Origin: the human T2T-CHM13v2.0 reference genome, Homo sapiens
DNA length: 64,000 bases
NCBI RefSeq assembly: GCF_009914755.1
Contig: NC_060935.1
Direction: 5' to 3' (one strand)
Of this stretch, positions 55,620 to 64,000 are shown one piece after another. The position numbers and the translations under genes are program-made. Every line of letters begins with the position of its first letter. Positions within the stretch are counted from its first letter, which is position 1. The notes below the pieces were generated by a model. The model saw only the letters and a program-made list of their open reading frames with translations. It ran no database searches and was not told where the DNA came from.

Positions 55620-56780
55620 TGGGGTGTACTTTGATGGGAGATGGTAGGTCATTTGAGTCAAAATCTTCGCTTTACTGTTGCATAGGACCAGCTATATGTA
55701 GTTGTAGAGCAGCAGATGCAACCACAGGCCAGGCCACATCTGAGGGCACCAACTCATTTGTTGACATCTTCCGGTTATCTTTGTAGGCCTTGCCAAAGTA
55801 AGTAGAACTTTCAAGCTCTAGTAAGCAGGAACTGGAAATCCCAGTTAAAGCTTCTAATGGAGATTGAAAAAAGCAAGGTGGAGTCCTTGTGTCTTCTGGA
55901 GGAAAGTTTAATGTGTGGGAGGTGGACATTGGGTTGGTGATTTCTGGCACAAATGTTGAAAGGTACTCAAATTTCTCCATTATTTCCAGGGTTCTCTTGC
56001 TTTTTTCACTTTCTTGACCTGATTTACTTTGACAAGACAGACTACTGTTTTCCAAGATATTTTGTTTCTCAGTGTATTTGACTTAAATGTCAAGAGGAAA
56101 TAGAGGAGATAATGTGGGAACTTTTAGGGAATCTGAGGGGAAAAAGCCCTAGATGGGTTTAAAAATCAAGTCTCCGTAGCTTGATTCTGATGGATTCCAG
56201 CTTGGAGGCTGACCCAAGCTGGGATGAAAAAGCATCTCCTAAATGGTTCAGAGTCTGGAGAGAAGTATCTCATCTAACATCATTTAATGTCGTAAAGATC
56301 ATTGCTGTCCTACTCATATGAGAATAATCCATTGCTTAAGAACAGAACAGGGAAAACCACAAGCAGAGCTGACAATAATAGTTGTAAAATGATGTAAACT
56401 GGGGAGCAGCTCCTATGTGCCACTCTCTACCTGGATATTCATTCCGCAGCTACTAAGATATTTCCCACTACATGAAGAGGGTCATACAGCAGGTTGGTCA
56501 GATGACTGAATGACAATATAGAATTTGGGTTAGATGTAACGGCGTCTGTGATACAAATTGTCAAACTGCAGATATAAGTAAACGCCTAATCTCAAAATCT
56601 GTTTCTCTATCTCACTCCCACTGAAAATCATCACGCTGAAGTCAAACAATTAACAGAGTCATCCTGTTTCCATCATAGAGTTTTCTAACTTATGATGCTA
56701 CGATACCCCAGGGACTGATTTTAAGCTGCCATCCAAAGGGGAGAAAGGAAAGTAAACTTTATTCCCCATATACTAGGTTC
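55620..56780 (-). mobile_element. Ancient RTE-clade LINE fossil (RT and C-terminal region)
   Basis: Minus-strand remnants 'LEIMEKFEYLSTF' (cf. LEVVEKFTYLGS), 'VVAS/LLYNY..W' (cf. VVLSTLLYGSETW) and 'I*EMLF' (cf. IRELLFADD) in the expected order. Confidence 0.55.
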
Positions 56781-58191
56781 TATGGCTTTGCAGGCGGGAA
56801 AATGAGCAAGAACAGGGTGGGTACAGAATTCAGTGAGAGCTTACTGGCCCCAACGTAAGGCAGGAAGATCAAGCAGGGGGAGTGAGCTGACCCATGAATG
56901 ATGAGGTTGAAAAGATAGTGGCCATCAAAGCCTGTGTCTGCCACACAATTTTGCCCCAAAGGAGCATGTTCTGAATTACAAAAGACTTGAAATATTCTGA
57001 CACAGCAGCCACAGGAAACTGCAGCAGAGGCAAAATGGTCTTCTAAGCCTCCTTGATGCAGATGCTCTGCTCTGGCGAGCTGCCCATTGGCCTCTGTGCT
57101 GTTGGAGATGATTTCCCTGCATAAAGTTGCTCTAGTTGTCAAAAATGAGCAAGAGGGTGCTGCTAACTTTGAAGTGAGTGTGGCATAAGTGCTTGCTGAG
57201 GTAATGGTGAATCACAGCTTTGGATTTCAGGGACAGGGAGTGGGTGCTGTTCTTAGCATTAGCTCAAGATGAAATTGGACAAGGTCTCCAATTATCCTGG
57301 GCTCCTTATTTTTTCACTTTTCAGGATACAGAGAAGTGATGATTGGTCTGTTTTCTTCAAGTAGTGAGTAACATATTCATCTACATAGTGGTTACCCTCA
57401 AAGTGGTCAGGAACTTTTTTGGGGACATGGGGAACACAAGTTGAAAATCTTATATAGCCTTTCTGATTCTAGTTTTTTTTTTTTTTTTTTTTTCCTGTAG
57501 GTATAGCATTATAATACGTTCAGCATTTTTCTTTTTCTGGTCTCAGGTGTCCTTTTCCATGAGTTGGGACATACTAGAGGTCCTGGACTTTCTAAGTGGG
57601 ATTCCAGTGAGCTATTGCATCAGGCTGAGAGGCCACGATAGAGCGTGGCATCCCCTGCCACAGATGGCTGCCAGCCTCCTAGAATTTCTTGCCATAAGGG
57701 GAAAGTGAGAGTGTTGATGGTTGAACATAGATTCCTGCCCACTCACTATGGATGGAATTTGATCTGATTACATTCAATTCAAGGTCATCAGATCCCTTCA
57801 TGTGCTCTCCTGTTCCATCCCAACTCAGCCCATCCCCTTCCATTCCATCTGTCTCAAATTTTGTAAGTTCCATTTCATTTATGGAGATATAGAATCCTAT
57901 TCTGCTTGAGGAGCTCCCTCTGTGGACAACACCCTGCTAGCCATCTCAGGGCAGTCATAGGAAACCCGTTGTAAAAGTGACTTAGGAGATTTATCAAGCT
58001 GCCCTCAATTTTACCCATTCCAAGGCCCTGCTGTTGCTATTCCTGGTCTTCCTCTTGAATGCACCCTCTGCACTTCTCCTCTGAGGCATGTGAGGAGGAA
58101 GGAGCATCTGGAGGAAGACTGGAATCTTGGGCCCTGACTAGTTCTTATTTATCTCTGAATCTCAATTTGTGTGCCCAATATGAGGCACATA

Positions 58192-58281
58192 TTAGGTTGG
58201 TGCAAACTTAATCGCGGTTTTTGCCATTAAAAATAATTAAAAGTAATGGCAAAAACCACAGTTACATTTGCACCAACCTAA
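58192..58281. mobile_element. MADE1 (Hsmar1-derived MITE)
   Basis: TIRs ttaggttggtgcaaa...tttgcaccaacctaa with TA TSDs; near-palindromic. Confidence 0.95.
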
Positions 58282-58808
58282 TATATATTACACATCTTTG
58301 TTAATTGCCGTCCATATTAGTTGAATAAATAATAAGTTCTGTGGCCATGGGGCAAGACACTTGCCCTCTCTGGGTTTGTTTCCCTCTCTTGCAGAACAGG
58401 CAATTGACTAGGTCAGTGGTTCTCAGAGTCTGGTAGGAAATCTGATTTGGGAAGTCAGTCTCAGTAAAATCAGATTCTGAGAGTCAGAATAGCAGTGATT
58501 AAGAGCATTCCAGTTGCAGCTCTACCACTTACTAGCTCTGTGATCTCAGACAAGTGACTTAGCTTCTCTAATCTTAGTTTCCTCATGTGTAAAAGGGATG
58601 TAATACCAATGTCATATGGTTTCTATGGGAGTTAAATGAGTAATACATGCAAAGCGTTCCCTCCAGTGCCTGGCATATAAATGGTATCATGTGAGTGTTG
58701 GCCATTATCAATTGAGTGGGCCTCTATTGTACATCAAGAGCTGGCCATTTGGTGTGAAGAAAATAAAGTTGACTAGAATACTTTCCCTGTCATCAAGAAG
58801 TTTATAAT

Positions 58809-59026
<218 letters not shown>

Positions 59027-60589
59027 TCAGTGAAAAGATAGGTCATAAACTTTGTGAAATGTAGATATATGCATAGGAAAAAACAAAGTATAGTAATATA
59101 TTATTGGGAGCCATCTGTATAGTAGCACTATTGATACAGTTTTTTAAAATTTATATTCTGAATTTTTACGTTTTCTAAAATGAGCTTCTATTAAATCTTT
59201 GCTTAAGGACAAATAAACATTCATAACAGAATGGTAGAGTTTAACATGGGAGATACTTGGAATTATCCAAAAAACTCAAGGTGACTCTTTCCTTTTGTAC
59301 TATCCCCTTTCATTCAGGATAAAGCAAAGAAAAAACATTGACATGATAAAGCACTTCAGGGTCTGCTCTTCAGCTTCATTTCTTTCCATTTCCCCTCTCA
59401 CACTCTGTGGTGCAGCCATTCTGAATTATTTTCTGTTCTCCAAAACAGGTTAAGTCTTAAAGTTCTGCTCAGTCGTTCAATCAACCAATATTTATTGAGG
59501 ACTTACAATGACCCCTTGCGAGAAGAGCAAAATGGAGCAGGGAGCTGACTACGGGAGATTTCCTTAGAGGATAGTTTGTGATGAACTCCTTTGCCTAAGA
59601 AAAAGTAGAAGCCATATCAGATATTTGATTTATAGTATACTGTTTTCAGAATGAATAGAAATAATTTTGGTCAATGAGAATTGTACACAAAAACATGGTA
59701 ATTCTCAAGTATTACATGTTGTTAGGTAAGCAAGATAAAGTTATTGAGAGTAAAATTATTCCTTCATTTTCTCTATGGCTTTTGGGATGAATTTCCTCTA
59801 CTTCTATAGCTGCACAGGAGAGGGCTGGCTTCTGGTGAGTGTGCTGTTGGGAGGTGTTGAGAAGCTTCCACCTGCAGGGTAAATGCCACGACTAAAAACA
59901 GATCATTTTCTAGACTAAGGGCTGCAGAAGAAAAGAAATAGGTAGTTAGTACATTCCCCTTCTTTGTATCCTAGATTCAGCAAGCAGACTTCTTTTTCTT
60001 TTATTGACAACTAGTAAATACAGTGTATTAATTGAGAATCTGTTATATACCAGGAAGTGGTGATGAATAAAGGAGATAGAAACCCTGTCCTCAATAATAA
60101 TAAATATGTATTAATATTCATTACATGATGGGCACTAAATACTTTGCATGTATTAACTCACATAATCCTTATAATAACCTCGGAAGGAAGGTACACTCAT
60201 CATCTCCATTTTAGAGATATAAAAATAGAGGCATTGAGAAAACAAATACTTGCCTAAGCTGTCACAACCACTAAACAGGAATGGAGGTGTTGCTCGGATT
60301 TGAATTCAGTCTTCCTGTCTCTAGAGCCCAAGTCTTAAGCACTTATTATACTATACCATAGCACACATGCATCCTTTTGGAGAACAGCCTCTAGTGAGGC
60401 TGCTGAGATCCCCTTGTTGACATGAACAATTCAGTTAAAACACATAGGTAGGATAGAGAGGATTAAAATAGGCTACTAAGCATCCAACAGGTAATTTATA
60501 AACAACCTTGTAGCACTTTCCTTTTCTCTTCTGAGACTTTGCAAAGGCTGTCCCACTGCCTGAATAGCCTTTCTTTCTTCCCATAGATT

Positions 60590-61455
60590 GATACACTTAA
60601 AAATACTTATATATAATTTACATAAGATGATACACCCACATCTTAAGTATATAGTTAAATGAGCTTTGACAAATGAATATATTGGTGTAGCCACTACCCT
60701 AATCAAGAACATTTTTGTTGCCTAGAAAAGTCCTCTGTACTCACTACCCCAACCCTTGACTCTTTCTGCCCAGCTGGATCTGATTTCTGTTAACATAGCT
60801 TAGTCTTGTTTGTGTTCTAGAATTACTGAAATCATACAGTATGTACTCTTTTGTTTTGGCTTCTTTCATTCACCATAATGTTTTTGAGATTTATTCATAA
60901 TGTGGTATTTCTTCTGTTTTCTTTTGGTTTTTGTTTTGTTACTGAGTCCATTGCATGAATTTACCATACTTTTAACATTGTTTTACCTGTTGAAAGAGGT
61001 ATCTGGAGTGTTACCAGTTTTTGGCTAATATGAATAAAGGTTCTATAAAAATGTTTGTACTTTTTGTGAACACATGGCTTTATTCCTTTTGAGTAAATAC
61101 CTGGGAGGAGAATTGCTGGGTCATCCAACGGGTGTTTACCTGTTTTCTAAAGTAGTTGCATCTTTTTGCATTCCCACCAGTGGTCTAGGAGATTTCCAGT
61201 GGCTCCATTTCATCACCAACATTTTGCATTGTTAGTGTTTAATTTTAATGGTTCTAGTGTCTGTGAAGTGATATCTCATCGTGGTTTTGATTTGCATTTC
61301 CCTGATGACTAATGGTGTTAAATATATTTTCATGTGTTTCTAGGCCATTCACATATCTTCTGAGAAATCTGTGCTTGAATCTTTTGGCTACTTTTTAATT
61401 TGTCTCACTTTAAAATATTAAGTTTTAGGAGTTCTTTATATATTCTGAATTTAAG
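60590..61455 (-). mobile_element. Old L1 (L1MB-type) 3' region
   Basis: 'tcttaagtatatagttaaatgagctttgacaaatg', 'ttgcattcccaccag' and 'tttgatttgcatttccctgatgactaatg'. Confidence 0.85.
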
Positions 61456-62195
61456 TTTTTTTAAAAAACTTATTACTCTTGAAAAACATTTCAACATTCT
61501 AAACATACAAAAATAAATAGAATGTTGCAAATTATGTTTAAGTGCAGAAGGTTCTTGAACTTTCATTGATGCAGGGGTTCTTCACTTTGCTGACAAGAGT
61601 TCTACAGTTTGTTAAAAACAGTTTAGAAACTATTGCACTTAACTAAAAAAAAAAAATCTAAACACTGCTCATGTCAGCTGACCCCGCTTTGTCCAAAGCT
61701 AAGAATGGCAACAGAATGCTATGTCACTATATACAGAAACAAGCCAATCTGAAGCTAAATAGATGCACTGCAGAGTCAACAGGTCCAACCTCACAGTGCA
61801 TGCCCTGAGCTTGGGTGCCTCCAAAAGGCACCTTTCCCCACAGCCTCAACACCAAGCAAGGAGCATCCGTAGTTTGCCTTTGTTGTTCTGTTCTTTTTAG
61901 AAACTATAAATACATACAGTTGATAACTCAGTGTTTCTCGCTCATAACCATATAATTAACACCACCTTGCAAATAAAAATGCCAGAAATATCTTTAAATG
62001 CCTTGTCACGCCAACAGCAAAGTACACAGAATGAGGAAAATACAAAAGTGCCTTTTCATTTTAAAAATACTTGGAAATATGTACAACTCTTGTGCAGTTT
62101 CACAGTGCTCCAGACACCCGTGGCCACTTCATATAAACCACTGACAATTTCTAGAGTACTTTGAGAGACTACAGTATGATTGTGATTAAATTTGT
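61456..62195 (-). pseudogene. HMGB1: Processed pseudogene fragment of the HMGB1 3'UTR
   Basis: Reverse complement matches my recollection of the HMGB1 3'UTR ('tgtagtctctcaaagt.ctctagaaattgtcagtggttta', 'gtgacaaggcatttaaagat', 'tctgtatatagtgacatagcattctg', 'tgcatcaatgaaagttcaagaacct'); poly(T) at 61456; inserted in an L1MB. Confidence 0.8.
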
Positions 62196-62488
62196 CATGG
62201 GAGGGACTTGGTGGGAGATAATGGATTATGGGAGTGGGTCTCTCCTGTGCTATTCTCATGATAGTGAATAAGTCTCATGAGATCTGATGGTTTTATCAAG
62301 GGGAATTCCCCTATACAAGCTCCCTCTTGCCTGTTGCCATGTAATATATGCCTTTCTCCTCCTTTGCCTGCCACCATGATTGTGAGGTCTCCCCAGTCAT
62401 GTGAAACTGTGAGCCCATTAAACCTCTTTTACTTTATAAATTACCCAGTCCCTGGTATGTCTTTATTAGCAGCATGAGAACTAATACA
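62193..62488 (+). mobile_element. THE1 (B/C-type) 5' LTR lacking its first ~60 bp
   Basis: 'gtgaataagtctcatgagatctgatggtttta...ccattaaacctcttt...ctaataca'. Confidence 0.92.
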
Positions 62489-64000
62489 GTAAATTAGTAC
62501 CAGGTAGTGGGACGCTGCTGTAAAGATATCTGAAAATGTGGAAGCAACTTTGGAACTGGGTAACAGGTAGAGGTTGGAATAGTTTGGAGGGCTCAGGTGA
62601 AGATAGGAAAATGTGGGAAGTCTGAAACTTCCTAGAGACTTGGTGGGTTCAGAAGACAGGAAGATGTGGGAAAGTTTGGAACTTCCTAGAGACTTGTTAA
62701 ATGGCTTTGACTAAAATGCTGATAGTGATATGGACAATAAGGTCCAGGCTGAGGTGGTCTCAGATGGAGATGATGAGCTTGTTGGGAACCAGAGTAAAGG
62801 TCACTCTTTCTATGCAAAGAGACTGGTGACATTTTGCCCCTGCCCTAGAGATGTGTGGAACTTTGAACTAGAGAGAGATGATTTAGAGTATCTGGTGGAA
62901 GAAATTTCTAAGTGGCAAAGTGTTCAAGAGGAAGCAGAGTATAAAAGTTTGAAAAATTTGCAGGCTGATGATGCAGCAGAAAAGAAAAACCCATTTTCTG
63001 GGGAGACATTCAAGCCTGCTTCAGAAATTCACATAAGTAACAAGGAGCAGAACGTTAATCGTCAAGACAATGGGGAAAATGTCTCCAGGGCATGTCAGAG
63101 ACCATTGCAGCAGCCCCTCCCATTGCAGGCCTGGAAGCCTAGGAGGAAAAAATGGTTTCCTGGGCCCAGGCCACCCCTGCTGTGTGCAGCCTTAGGACTT
63201 GGTGCCCTCTGTGCCAGCCATTCCAGCTGTGGCTAAAAGGGGTTTAGGTACAGCTTGGGCCATGGCTTCAGAGAGTGTAAGCTCCAAGCCTTGGCAGCTT
63301 CCATGTGATATTGAGCCTGCAGGTGCACATAAGTCAAGAATTGAGGTTTGGGAACCTCTACCTAGATTTCAGAGGATGTATGGAAACCCCTGAATGTCCA
63401 GGGAAAAGTTTGCTGCAGTGGTGGAACCCTCATGGAGAACCTCTGCTAGGGCAGTGCCAAAGGGACATGTGGGATCAGAGTCTCCACCAGGGCACTGCCC
63501 AGTGGAGCTGAGAAGAGGGCCACCATCCTGCAGACCCCAGAATGGTGGATTCCCTAACAGCTTTTCATGCACCTGGAAAAGCCGTGGACGCTCAATGCCA
63601 GCCTCTGACAGCAGCCAGGAGGGGAGCTGTACCCTGCAAAGCCATGGGGTGGAGCAGGCCAAGTCCGTGGGAGTCCACCTTTTGCATCAGCACTCCCTTG
63701 ATATGAGACATGGGCTCAAAGGAGATCGTTTTGGAGCTTTAAGATGATTTGATTGCCCCACTGGATTTTGGACTTGCATGGGGACTGTAGACCCTTTGTT
63801 TTCCCCAATTTCTCCCATTTGGAATGGCTGCATTTACTGAATGCCTGTACCCCATTGTATCTAGGAAGTAACTAACTTGCTTTTGATTTTACAGGCTCAT
63901 AGGCAGAAGGGACTTGCCTTATTTTGAATGAGACTTTGGACTGTGGACTTTTGAGCTTATGCTGAAATGAGTTAAGATTTTGAGGGACTGTTGGTAAGGC
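62489..64000 (+). mobile_element. THE1-int (MaLR internal region), running off the window shortly before the 3' LTR
   Basis: 'gtaaattagtacc...ctgaaaatgtggaagcaactttggaactgggtaacagg'; ORF 62730..63236 MDNKVQAEVVSDGDDELVGN; 'gagactttggactgtggacttttgag'. Confidence 0.93.

Noticed and set aside
58192-58281. Long hairpin as a novel miRNA gene
   Set aside because: Explained by MADE1 terminal inverted repeats; some miR-548 genes derive from MADE1, but nothing here shows expression
62579-62700. Internal duplication 'ggagggctcag...tgtggga...aacttcctagagacttg'
   Set aside because: Recalled as a feature of the THE1C internal consensus rather than a local event
62730-63747. 168-aa and adjacent ORFs
   Set aside because: Standard decayed THE1-internal reading frames

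Overview
This is primate (most likely human) euchromatic non-coding DNA, dense in transposable elements: Alu, L1PA/L1M, HAL1, L2, MIR, CR1/L3, an RTE-like LINE fossil, MaLR/ERV LTRs and hAT/Mariner MITEs. I can support no protein-coding gene, RNA gene or CRISPR array. The only ORFs with recognisable protein similarity are frameshifted L1 ORF2 pieces, THE1-internal remnants and a degraded RTE-type reverse transcriptase; the rest look like chance ORFs. There is one processed pseudogene, matching the HMGB1 3'UTR from memory (61456-62195, minus). The most informative signals are structural. (1) A 166-bp orphan retrocopy has a perfect 19-bp TSD, AATAAA and poly(A) (51877-52080). (2) An LTR-less ERV1 internal fragment carries an 11-bp L1-type TSD (35258-35867). 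(3) Two 270-330-bp copies of local sequence are pasted into older repeats, one inverted (15482-16293) and one direct (4010-5672), with microhomology or duplicated junctions. (4) A tiny twin-primed L1 carries a 3' transduction (47669-47878). (5) Two L1PA copies 30 kb apart share non-consensus bases. I see no convincing new biological system, only individual events made by known mechanisms. Repeat subfamily names and the HMGB1 call come from memory of consensus sequences, not from a search, and boundaries of old repeats are approximate.
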